A stretch of DNA of 60,332 nt, from assembly GCA_963749915.1 (NCBI GenBank), contig CAVVOP010000030.1, positions 1-60,332 on the forward strand. The letters are read 5' to 3'. The DNA comes from an uncultured cyanobacterium. Its GTDB lineage: Bacteria; Cyanobacteriota; Cyanobacteriia; Cyanobacteriales; Cyanobacteriaceae. Of the stretch, positions 8,704-17,825 are shown piece by piece. Numbering within the stretch: position 1 is the first letter of the stretch; every line of letters starts with the position of its first letter. A program made the position numbers and the translations under genes. Under the pieces are notes generated by a model that was not told the origin of the DNA, made no database searches, and worked only from the letters and a program-made list of their open reading frames with translations.

Positions 8704-10179
8704 ATGAAGGACAACCAATACAATGGAACCAATGAACATTTCCTCATCCAAAGAGAAGACAAGCCTGAAGAAGCCTGTGGTGTTTTTGGTGTTTATGCAC
8801 CAGAAGAAACCGTTGCTAAATTAGCTTATTTTGGATTATATGCACTGCAACATAGAGGACAAGAATCTGCGGGAATTGCGACTTTTGACGGAGAAGCCTG
8901 TTATTGTTACAAGAATATGGGCTTAGTCTCCCAAGTTTTCAGTGAGTCTATCTTAACCAATCTACCCGGAAAAATTGCGGTGGGTCATACCCGTTACTCT
9001 ACCACTGGCTCTAGTTTACAAGCAAATGCACAACCAGCCGTAATTAGTACAAGATTAGGAAAATTAGCCCTTGCACATAATGGCAATTTAGTGAATACGG
9101 TGGAGTTAAGAGAAGAATTGAATAAGCGTAATTGCGAGTTTATCACCACGACGGACTCGGAAATGATCGCCCTGATGATGGGAAAAGAGATAGATGGTGG
9201 CAAAGACTGGGTTGAGGCGGCCATTAGTGCCTTTAAATGGTGTAAGGGAGCCTATAGTTTAGTAATTGGTACTTCTGTGGGTATAATGGGAGCAAGAGAT
9301 CCTCACGGGATTCGCCCCTTAGTTATCGGTCAAATGGTGGAGGAGGGAAATCCTCTTCGTTATGTTTTGGCTTCGGAAACCTGTGCGTTAGATATTATTG
9401 GTGCCGAATATATCCGAGATGTTGAGCCTGGAGAATTGGTTTGGATTACCGAAGAAGGTTTATCATCAGTTCCTTGGGCGGAAAAAACACAACATAAATT
9501 ATGCATATTCGAGATGATTTATTTTGCCCGTCCTGATAGTATTATGGGCAATGATAGTCTCTACGCTTATCGGTTAAGATTAGGGGAGCAATTGGCAAAA
9601 GAATCGGTAGTAGATGCTGATATGGTAATAGGTGTACCAGATTCGGGCATTCCTGCGGCGATCGGTTATTCTCGTTACACTGGTATTACCTATCAAGAAG
9701 GATTAATCAAAAATCGCTATGTAGGGCGTACATTTATTCAACCCACCCAACACATGAGAGAACATGGTATTAAAATGAAACTTAATCCTCTCAAAGATGT
9801 TTTGGCTGGAAAACGTATTATTATTATAGATGATTCCATCGTGCGTGGCACTACAAGTCGTAAAATCGTTCGGGCCCTAAGGGATGCTGGGGCAAAAGAA
9901 GTACACATGAAAATTTCTTCTCCTCCCGTTACTCATCCTTGTTTTTATGGCATTGACACCGATAGTCAAGATCATCTTATCGCCGCTACGAAAAAAGTTG
10001 ATGATATAGCGAAACAGATAGAGGTAGATACTTTAACTTATTTATCTCAAGAGGGGATGTTAAAAGTAACGAACGAAAATCCTCAAAGTTTTTGTACTGC
10101 TTGTTTTAATGGCAATTATCCCATCGATATTCCTGAAGATATCAAACGATCGAAATTAATCTTGGAACCAGTATCTTAG
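8704..10179 (+). CDS. purF: amidophosphoribosyltransferase
   Basis: EEACGVFG, LQHRGQE, GHTRYST, IIDDSIVRGTT. Confidence 0.97.
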   Translation: MKDNQYNGTNEHFLIQREDKPEEACGVFGVYAPEETVAKLAYFGLYALQHRGQESAGIATFDGEACYCYKNMGLVSQVFSESILTNLPGKIAVGHTRYSTTGSSLQANAQPAVISTRLGKLALAHNGNLVNTVELREELNKRNCEFITTTDSEMIALMMGKEIDGGKDWVEAAISAFKWCKGAYSLVIGTSVGIMGARDPHGIRPLVIGQMVEEGNPLRYVLASETCALDIIGAEYIRDVEPGELVWITEEGLSSVPWAEKTQHKLCIFEMIYFARPDSIMGNDSLYAYRLRLGEQLAKESVVDADMVIGVPDSGIPAAIGYSRYTGITYQEGLIKNRYVGRTFIQPTQHMREHGIKMKLNPLKDVLAGKRIIIIDDSIVRGTTSRKIVRALRDAGAKEVHMKISSPPVTHPCFYGIDTDSQDHLIAATKKVDDIAKQIEVDTLTYLSQEGMLKVTNENPQSFCTACFNGNYPIDIPEDIKRSKLILEPVS

Positions 10180-10243
10180 TAATTAACAACTACCATATAT
10201 TCTTAATCAAGTATTGTCAAATATTGTCAAAAAAATTATTGTC

Positions 10244-10271
10244 TATTCCTTATTCCCTATTCCCTATTCCC
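10244..10271. repeat. heptamer short tandem repeat (TATTCCC)x4
   Basis: tattcct tattccc tattccc tattccc; STRR-like. Confidence 0.8.
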
Positions 10272-10320
10272 CGTTAAATGCTATATTTTGAAGAGTTTGT
10301 TTTGATGATGAAATTAGTGT

Positions 10321-10851
10321 ATGAAAATTATTGACTCTAAAGGTCGTTTATTCGGTAAAGTAAGTATTTTAGATTTGGGTGCGATCGCCGTAATCGTATT
10401 AGTATTGATCGGTATATTCATTGTACCCGGTCCTAAAGGTTCCATCGCTCAAGTGGGTATTAGTGCTTCAGATACCATCGAATTAAATATATTAGCGAGG
10501 GGTTTAAGTGTCAAAAATGCCCCCGAATTTCTTGCTTCCTTAAAAGATACGACTGTAAAAATTATCGTTCGTAACGAACCTTCTGGCACATTAAATATAG
10601 AATCTGTGGAAGAATTACCTAACTATACTATTGCCAACCAACCCGATGGAAGTGTCAAAGCCGTACTAGATCCCCGTCCCATCGTAGCATTTAGTACTGA
10701 TATGTTAATGTTGACTACTGGCAAAGGACAAATGACTGATGATGGTGCATTGTTAGCTAATCAAAAAATTAAAATCGGCACGGTGTTAGAACTTGATGGT
10801 AGTTACTATAACTTTAGAGGTAGTGTTGTCAGTGTAAATAAGAGAAACTAA
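10321..10851 (+). CDS. DUF4330-like membrane-anchored protein
   Basis: MKIIDSKGRLFGKVSILD followed by TM helix. Confidence 0.78.
   Translation: MKIIDSKGRLFGKVSILDLGAIAVIVLVLIGIFIVPGPKGSIAQVGISASDTIELNILARGLSVKNAPEFLASLKDTTVKIIVRNEPSGTLNIESVEELPNYTIANQPDGSVKAVLDPRPIVAFSTDMLMLTTGKGQMTDDGALLANQKIKIGTVLELDGSYYNFRGSVVSVNKRN
10381..10388. repeat. HIP1 octamer (example; many copies in window)
   Basis: GCGATCGC also at e.g. 13021, 20072, 30661. Confidence 0.9.
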
Positions 10852-10884
10852 TTAACAATTGACAATTAACAATTAATTATCATA

Positions 10885-10899
10885 ATGTAAAAAAAGCAT
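10885..10899. promoter_or_regulatory. putative NtcB (LysR-type) site AT-N11-AT
   Basis: ATGTAAAAAAAGCAT, centred ~51 bp upstream of the NtcA box before narB. Confidence 0.45.
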
Positions 10900-10936
10900 T
10901 AAAAGAATGCAAGATGCTGTTAATTAAAAATAATTT

Positions 10937-10950
10937 GTATAAAAGTATAC
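10937..10950. promoter_or_regulatory. NtcA binding site upstream of narB
   Basis: tGTA-TAAAAGTA-TAC = GTA-N8-TAC; possible -10 GACAAT at 10971-10976. Confidence 0.7.
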
Positions 10951-11034
10951 CTTTTACCCCAAAATCTGATGACAATATAGCTCTCATTAAAAGAAATTAT
11001 TTTGATTTTGCATCGAGCTGTTATATCCCAGATA

Positions 11035-13221
11035 ATGAGTAAAAAAGTTACCACCGTTTGTCCTTATTGTGGTGTCGGTTGTGGTTTGGAAGTTCAACCT
11101 CCCTCATCAGGCAAAACTACTAATTGTGATTCTGAAGGTAATCCAATTTGGAAGGTAATGGGCGATCGCAATCATCCTTCTAGTTTAGGGAAGGTATGTG
11201 TTAAAGGGGCGACCGCCACCGAAGCCATGGCAAAAAGTCGTCTCAAATATCCCCTATTTAGAGAAAAATTAGATCAAGAATTTCGTCAAATAACATGGGA
11301 GGAAGCCTATAACGCCATTGTGGGAAGAATAAACACTGTTAGGGAAACCATGGGCGTTGATGGAATATGTATGTATGGTTCGGGGCAATTTCAAACAGAA
11401 GATTACTATATCGCCCAAAAATTGATTAAAGGTTGTTTAGGTACCAATAATTTCGATGCTAACTCCCGTTTATGTATGTCTTCCGCCGTATCGGGGTATG
11501 TAGGGAGTTTCGGTGCTGATGGTCCCCCTTGTACCTATGAAGATTTAGAATTGACAGACTGTGCTTTTTTAGTGGGTACAAATACCGCCGAATGTCATCC
11601 TATTGTTTTTAATCGTTTACGGGCTTATCATAAGAAAAATGCTCATGTAAAGATGATTGTAGTTGATCCTCGTCGTACTGCTACAGCGGAAGTTGCCGAT
11701 CTTCATCTATCCATAAAACCCGGCACTGACATTGATTTATTTAATGGTATTGCTTATTTACTCTTACAATGGAATGCTATCGATTCTTCTTTTATTGAGC
11801 AACATACGAATTATTTTAGCGAGTATAAAGAGATTATCCGTCATTATCCCCCCGAATGTGTTGCCGCAAAGTGCGGTATCGAGGTAGAAGATTTAGAAAC
11901 CGCCGCTCGTTATTGGGCTGAATCAAAAAAAGTGCTATCATTATGGTCAATGGGCTTAAATCAATCTTCTGAAGGCACTGCAAAAGTAAGAACATTGATC
12001 AACTTGCATCTGATGACGGCAACCATCGGTAAAGTAGGAAGTGGTCCTTTTTCCTTGACAGGACAACCTAACGCTATGGGAGGCAGGGAAGCGGGAGGAT
12101 TAGCCCATCTTTTACCTGGCTATCGAAGTGTTTTAAATGCCCAACATCGGGCGGAAGTAGAACAATTATGGGGTTTGCCATCAAATTCTATCGATGATAA
12201 AGTGGGCAAGACGGCATGGGAAATGATCACGGGGTTTGAAACAGAGGAAATCGGTTTATTATGGATTGCGGCAACGAATCCTGTAGTAAGTATGCCTGAT
12301 TTGGAACGCACTAAAAAAGCCCTATTGCGATCGCCCTTCACCGTTTATCAAGATGCCTATTACCCCACAGAAACAGCCCACTATGCTCATTTGCTGTTGC
12401 CTGCTGCCCAATGGAGTGAAAAAGCAGGTACAATGACTAATTCTGAGCGCGTGGTAACTTATGGCCCGAATTTTAGTCACCCCCCTGGGGAGGCAAAAGC
12501 AGATTGGGAAATTTTCGCTGAAGTTGGCAGAAGATTGGGCTTTGAACAGTATTTTAATTTTGCCAATGTTGCCCAAGTGCATCGAGAATTTGTGAGTTTA
12601 ACCGCTAATCGCCCTTGCGATATGTCCGGTATGACTCATGAACTTTTAGATGAATATGGCTCAATTCAGTGGCCTTTTCCTAAAGGTAGTAACCCCGAAA
12701 ATCGTTACGGTAGAAGACTTTACACTGATTTTAAATTTCATACCGAGGACGGAAAAGCCAAATTTGTCTCTTTACACAGTCGTGGATTAGCCGAACCACC
12801 AAACTCTGACTATCCCTTAGTTTTAACCGTTGGGCGGTTATATGGGCATTGGCACACTATGACCAGAACTGGTAGGATTGATAAAATTAGGAAAATGCAC
12901 CCGGAACCATTTTTAGAAATTCACCCGAAAGATGCCCATAAAATCGATTTAGAAGATAATGATCTGGTGAAAGTCACATCCGTAAGGGGAGAAGCCCAAT
13001 TTAAAGCACAAATTACAAAAGCGATCGCACCCGGGACAGTATTTGTACCTATGCACTGGGGATTTTTATGGGCAGACAACGCCGAGGCTAATAGTTTAAC
13101 CCACCCTCATGCTTGTCCTATTTCTAAACAACCAGAGTTGAAAGCCTGTGCCGTTAAATTAACAAAAGTTCGCGTCTCGTCGTCAAAAATCCTCGAGGGA
13201 GAGATACTCATAACCCATTAG
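11035..13221 (+). CDS. narB: ferredoxin-nitrate reductase
   Basis: CPYCGVGC 4Fe-4S motif, [38 protein letters not shown] 11035 likely start. Confidence 0.94.
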   Translation: MSKKVTTVCPYCGVGCGLEVQPPSSGKTTNCDSEGNPIWKVMGDRNHPSSLGKVCVKGATATEAMAKSRLKYPLFREKLDQEFRQITWEEAYNAIVGRINTVRETMGVDGICMYGSGQFQTEDYYIAQKLIKGCLGTNNFDANSRLCMSSAVSGYVGSFGADGPPCTYEDLELTDCAFLVGTNTAECHPIVFNRLRAYHKKNAHVKMIVVDPRRTATAEVADLHLSIKPGTDIDLFNGIAYLLLQWNAIDSSFIEQHTNYFSEYKEIIRHYPPECVAAKCGIEVEDLETAARYWAESKKVLSLWSMGLNQSSEGTAKVRTLINLHLMTATIGKVGSGPFSLTGQPNAMGGREAGGLAHLLPGYRSVLNAQHRAEVEQLWGLPSNSIDDKVGKTAWEMITGFETEEIGLLWIAATNPVVSMPDLERTKKALLRSPFTVYQDAYYPTETAHYAHLLLPAAQWSEKAGTMTNSERVVTYGPNFSHPPGEAKADWEIFAEVGRRLGFEQYFNFANVAQVHREFVSLTANRPCDMSGMTHELLDEYGSIQWPFPKGSNPENRYGRRLYTDFKFHTEDGKAKFVSLHSRGLAEPPNSDYPLVLTVGRLYGHWHTMTRTGRIDKIRKMHPEPFLEIHPKDAHKIDLEDNDLVKVTSVRGEAQFKAQITKAIAPGTVFVPMHWGFLWADNAEANSLTHPHACPISKQPELKACAVKLTKVRVSSSKILEGEILITH

Positions 13222-13258
13222 ATAAGTGAATTTTTCTGTGCACAACTACTAAACTAAA

Positions 13259-13484
13259 TAGACCTCTTACAAAAGTCAAAAAATCTGGTCGTCAGGAGTC
13301 AGTCGTCATGAAAAAAATTTCACCCCCAAGCATGAAAGTGTGTACTTTCAAGTTAGAAAGGTTTTCCCAATCTAAAATCCAAAATCCAAAAGCGGTCGGA
13401 CCCCGCGCCGCCGAAAGGCGCAAGGGAATGCCGACCAAGATCCAAAATCACCTAACCGAGAAATCTATTTTTGCAAGAGGTCTA
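13259..13484. mobile_element. MITE-like element with 16-bp terminal inverted repeats
   Basis: TAGACCTCTTACAAAA (13259-13274) / TTTTGCAAGAGGTCTA (13469-13484), 15/16 match; internal heptamer repeats and hairpins. Confidence 0.72.
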
Positions 13485-13579
13485 ATGTAGTATTGCTCAC
13501 CTTACCAGCATTAATATTGTTTTATATTCATCCACGTATTTGTTAGGATGAGATGATGAAATTTAATTGATCTTCCTTT

Positions 13580-14791
13580 ATGGGCATAGTTCAGGAAATA
13601 TTTATGTTATCGATTCTTCTTTTTTTATTAATAATTCTTTCCAGTTTATTTTTATTCCTAAGTGGTTTTCTCTTATTTCAATGTTCTGCAACTTTATTCC
13701 CACCTCCTGCGGATGTTAAGGATAGTACATGGGAAAAAACATCCATCGCTTTATTAATTCCGGCTCATAATGAAGAAGCAGTTATTCGTCAAACTTTACA
13801 AGGGATTGTTTCTCAATTAAAACCCACAGATCAATTGATTGTCATTGCTGATAATTGTAGCGATCGCACTTCTTATATAGTTAGAGAAATGGGTATCAAA
13901 GTCCTTGAACGAGAGAATCAAAAATTAAGAGGAAAAGGTTATGCTTTAGATTATGGCTTAAAATATTTACACCCAAATCCACCGGATGTGGTTATCTTTG
14001 TTGATGCAGATTGTTCCATAAATCTCGAAGGGATTAAAACACTGACGGAAAAAGCGATCGTTACGAAAAAACCAGTGCAAGGGTTATATTTAATGGAGAA
14101 ACCGCCACAACCCTCTCCAAAAGATCAAATTTCTGCTTTTGCGTTTAAGGTAAAAAATTTAGTGCGTCCTCTGGGTTTATATCATATTCAACAACCCTGT
14201 TTATTGACTGGTACAGGAATGGCTTTCCCCTGGCAAGTAATTCAAAAAGTTAATCTTGCTAGTAGTCATATCGTAGAAGATATGAAACTAGGACTAGATT
14301 TAGCCATAGCTGGTTACCCCCCAAACTTTTGTCCTTCTGTGACAATTACTGGATATTTACCCCAAAAAGCACAGGCCGCGACGACTCAAAGAACTCGTTG
14401 GGAACATGGACATTTAGAAAGTATCATCGCCTATGTACCTCTGTTATTAAAAGAAAGTATTAAGCAAAAAAGGCTAGATTTATTAGTTATCGCCCTAGAT
14501 TTATCTATTCCCCCGTTATCTCTGTTTCTTTCTTTATGGTTAGGATTAACTTTAATTTCTCTATTGATAATAGTGTTGGATCTTAGCTATACTCCTTTTC
14601 TATTATCTGCCATCGCCGGATTAATGATTTTTGGTGCGATTTTAATAGCATGGGCTAAATTTGGAAAAGAAGATTTATCTTTAATAACTTTAATTAAAGT
14701 TCCCTTATATGTACTTTGGAAAATTCCCCTTTATTTCAAATTCTTGTTTAAAAGGGAAAAACAGTGGATTCGCACTGAAAGAGACACTTAA
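13580..14791 (+). CDS. glycosyltransferase family 2 (membrane)
   Basis: IPAHNEE, ADNCSD, GKGYAL, VDAD, EDMKL, QRTRWEHG. Confidence 0.9.
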   Translation: MGIVQEIFMLSILLFLLIILSSLFLFLSGFLLFQCSATLFPPPADVKDSTWEKTSIALLIPAHNEEAVIRQTLQGIVSQLKPTDQLIVIADNCSDRTSYIVREMGIKVLERENQKLRGKGYALDYGLKYLHPNPPDVVIFVDADCSINLEGIKTLTEKAIVTKKPVQGLYLMEKPPQPSPKDQISAFAFKVKNLVRPLGLYHIQQPCLLTGTGMAFPWQVIQKVNLASSHIVEDMKLGLDLAIAGYPPNFCPSVTITGYLPQKAQAATTQRTRWEHGHLESIIAYVPLLLKESIKQKRLDLLVIALDLSIPPLSLFLSLWLGLTLISLLIIVLDLSYTPFLLSAIAGLMIFGAILIAWAKFGKEDLSLITLIKVPLYVLWKIPLYFKFLFKREKQWIRTERDT

Positions 14792-14803
14792 ACCGCAAAA
14801 ACA

Positions 14804-16009
14804 ATGAAAATAGCCTATTTAATCAACCAATATCCCAAAGTCAGTCATAGTTTTATTCGCCGAGAAATACAAGAACTAGAAAATATGGGAGTTAAGATTC
14901 AAAGATATTCTATTCGTCGTAGTGAAGATGAGTTAGTAGAGATACAAGATAAACAGGAGTTGGACAAAACCCACTTTATTCTTAATATCGGTGTTGGGAG
15001 ATTATTAATAAATGTTTTCAAAGTGCTTATTCTTAAACCCGTTAACTTTATTCAGGCTTTAATTTTAACGATAAAGATTGGTTTCGGTTCAGATCGAGGA
15101 ATTTTGCGAAATTTAGCTTATTTAGCAGAGGCTTGTGTTTTGTCATTTTGGTTAAAACAAGAAGACATAAAGCACATTCACGCCCATTTTGGGACTAATT
15201 CAACGGCGGTTGCTATGATAACCAGTATTTTAGGGGACTTCACCTATAGCTTCACTATTCATGGACCTGAAGAATTTGATAAACCCATGGCGATCGCCCT
15301 TCCAGAAAAAATAAAAAGAGCTACTTTTGTGGTAACTATCAGTTCTTATGGCAAAAGTCAAGTTTATCGTTGGTGTGACTATCGAGAATGGGGAAAAATT
15401 CACATTATCCATTGTGGTTTAGATGAGAAATTTATTCAGGCCGAAATTACTCCTATTCCTGAAGAAAATCGTTTAGTGTGTGTTGGCAGATTATGCCCTC
15501 AAAAAGCACAATTATTATTATTACAAGCCATAGCCAGATTAAAAGAGAAAGGAATAATCTGTAAGCTAATTTTAGTTGGAGATGGAGAATTAAGACAAGA
15601 AATCGAGAATTTAGCTAAAAAACTGGGTATAAAAGCGCAAATTACGATTACAGGTTGGGCGAGTAGTGATGAAGTTAAGGAACAAATTTCCCAAGCTAAA
15701 TTAATGGTAATGCCTAGCTTTGCCGAAGGTTTGCCCGTGGTTATTATGGAATCTTTAGCGTTAGGTACTCCCGTTATTAGTACTTATGTCGCAGGCATTC
15801 CTGAATTAGTGGTCAATGGTGAATCCGGTTGGTTAATTCCGGCAGGGGATATAGATGCCTTAACCAATGCGATGGAATCGGCTTTGACTTTATCTTCACA
15901 AAAATTGGCGGAAATGGGAAAAAAAGGTCAAGAAAAAGTTATTCAAAATCATAATATTAAAAGAGAAACTCAGAAATTAAGTAATTTATTCGTTAAATAT
16001 ATTAATTAA
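14804..16009 (+). CDS. glycosyltransferase family 4 (exopolysaccharide, WcaL-like)
   Basis: YPKVSHSFIRRE, HAHFG, EGLPVVIMES. Confidence 0.9.
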   Translation: MKIAYLINQYPKVSHSFIRREIQELENMGVKIQRYSIRRSEDELVEIQDKQELDKTHFILNIGVGRLLINVFKVLILKPVNFIQALILTIKIGFGSDRGILRNLAYLAEACVLSFWLKQEDIKHIHAHFGTNSTAVAMITSILGDFTYSFTIHGPEEFDKPMAIALPEKIKRATFVVTISSYGKSQVYRWCDYREWGKIHIIHCGLDEKFIQAEITPIPEENRLVCVGRLCPQKAQLLLLQAIARLKEKGIICKLILVGDGELRQEIENLAKKLGIKAQITITGWASSDEVKEQISQAKLMVMPSFAEGLPVVIMESLALGTPVISTYVAGIPELVVNGESGWLIPAGDIDALTNAMESALTLSSQKLAEMGKKGQEKVIQNHNIKRETQKLSNLFVKYIN

Positions 16010-16125
16010 GTAAAGCTTTGTTCCAATATTAAAAATCTTTTCTAAAATTCGATGACCTCGGCAGTTACCCAAATTTAATTATTTTAAATACTTCTGAACC
16101 TTAATCCTAATGGGATTTAAGACTA

Positions 16126-16212
16126 CGGAGAGGGAGGGATTCGAACCCTCGTTGAAGTTACCCCCAAACAGCATTTCCAGTGCTGCGCCTTCAACCGCTC
16201 GGCCACCTCTCC
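16126..16212 (-). tRNA. trnS: tRNA-Ser (anticodon GGA)
   Basis: Minus strand GGAGAGGTGGCCGAGCGG...CAGCA-CTGGAAA-TGCTG, long variable arm, GGTTCGAATCC, CTCTCCG; CCA not encoded. Confidence 0.96.
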
Positions 16213-16231
16213 AAATATCACACAGTCAACC

Positions 16232-16260
16232 ATTGTAGCAGATCTTTTTTTTTTTAACAA
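16232..16260 (-). promoter_or_regulatory. putative tRNA-Ser promoter
   Basis: minus strand TTGTTA-N17-TACAAT with TGn extension. Confidence 0.6.
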
Positions 16261-16380
16261 GGATAGATTGATTTTGAGGTTTTCGCTTCCGCCGTGAGAA
16301 GCCCCATGCTGATTTTCATTCTTTGTAGATTCAGACAGCTTATAATTAAGAGTGCATCTAAACAGAAGTAAGGTTTATCA

Positions 16381-17736
16381 ATGATAAAACAGGGCGAATT
16401 AGTTTCTATGGACATAGAAGATGTTAGTAGTGAAGGAAATGGCATCGGTAAGATTAGTCAACAAGTGGTTTTTGTGGCTAATACTGTCACAGGCGATCGC
16501 GTTTCTAGTCGTATTGTGAGAGTAAAGAAAAATTACGCAGAAGGAAAACTAGAAGAGATACAAGAAAATTCAAAATACCGTATTCGCCCCCGTTGTATAG
16601 TTGCCGATAAATGTGGCGGTTGTCAGTGGCAACATATCGATTATGAATATCAATTACAACTTAAACAAAATCAAGTGAAAGAGACGTTGACTCGCATCGG
16701 TGGATTTAGGGACTTTAGTGTAGAAAGTATTTTATCTAAGGATGATTTAGGTTATCGCAATAAAGTCAATTATCCCTTGGGTGTACGGGAAAATGGTGCA
16801 GTTAAAGCAGGATATTATCGTCCGGGTAGCCATCAAATAGTTAATATTAATCAGTGTCCCATACAAGACCACCGCTTAAATCCATTATTAGCAGAAATTA
16901 AGCAAGATTTACAAAAATTAAAGATACCCATTTATGACGAAAAAAGCCGTAAAGGTGCACTGCGTCATCTCTGTTTTCGTATTGGCAAAAACACGGGAGA
17001 AATTTTAATAACCCTAGTCAGTGCACAAGTTAGTAATCTCGTTATTGAAAAACAAGCTCAAAAATGGTTACAACGCTATCCTGATGTTATAGGTGTTTGT
17101 TTGAATCATAATCCTAAAGCAACTAACGTTATTTTCGGTGAAGATACGGATTTATTAGCAGGAAGACTATATGTGAGAGAAATTTTCGCCGGTTTAACCT
17201 TCCATTTACGCCATGAAACCTTCTTTCAAGTTAATACTGTCGTCGCTGAAGCCTTATTTAATCAAGTTTTAGATAAGTTAAATTTACAAGGCAATGAAAC
17301 CGTCATTGATCTTTATGCTGGAGTTGGTACATTTACACTACCCATAGCTCAAAAAGTGAAACAGGTCATCGGCGTAGAATCTTATAATATCTCCGCCCAA
17401 CAAGCCAACCACAACGCCGAAGTCAATGACATTAAGAATGTTAAATTTATTTTAGGGGAAACCGAAACGATCCTTCCGGAAATGGACGAAAAACCTGATC
17501 TCGTTATTCTTGATCCTCCCCGTAAGGGATGTCACCCCCAAGTAATGGAAACCTTACTGGAAATAAAACCTCAACGCATCGTTTATATTAGTTGTCATCC
17601 TGCCACCCTTGCCCGTGATTTAAAGTTGCTGTGCCAAAATGGTGATTATGAATTAACCTTTGTGCAACCTGCGGACTTTTTTCCCCAGACCCCCCATGTA
17701 GAAACTGCCGTAATTTTACAAAAAAATAGTAGTTAA
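16381..17736 (+). CDS. rlmD: 23S rRNA m5U1939 methyltransferase
   Basis: TRAM domain, C..CGGCQWQH, FFQVN, LDPPRKG, YISC, DFFPQTPHVE. Confidence 0.94.
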   Translation: MIKQGELVSMDIEDVSSEGNGIGKISQQVVFVANTVTGDRVSSRIVRVKKNYAEGKLEEIQENSKYRIRPRCIVADKCGGCQWQHIDYEYQLQLKQNQVKETLTRIGGFRDFSVESILSKDDLGYRNKVNYPLGVRENGAVKAGYYRPGSHQIVNINQCPIQDHRLNPLLAEIKQDLQKLKIPIYDEKSRKGALRHLCFRIGKNTGEILITLVSAQVSNLVIEKQAQKWLQRYPDVIGVCLNHNPKATNVIFGEDTDLLAGRLYVREIFAGLTFHLRHETFFQVNTVVAEALFNQVLDKLNLQGNETVIDLYAGVGTFTLPIAQKVKQVIGVESYNISAQQANHNAEVNDIKNVKFILGETETILPEMDEKPDLVILDPPRKGCHPQVMETLLEIKPQRIVYISCHPATLARDLKLLCQNGDYELTFVQPADFFPQTPHVETAVILQKNSS

Positions 17737-17825
17737 TAGAAGACAGAAGGAAAACTCTTAACCTTTCCATCCACTGAAATATCTATACCGACTCAGATTC
17801 AATCAACCAAATATAATCGAAACGA

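Noticed and set aside
10244..10271. tandem repeats as a CRISPR array
   Set aside because: Heptamers without spacers; no CRISPR repeats or cas genes seen in the window
13308..13490. 60-aa ORF
   Set aside because: Lies within the MITE; KIQN repeats are translated heptamers
16010..16125. integration site at tRNA-Ser
   Set aside because: No duplicated tRNA 3' end or integrase seen
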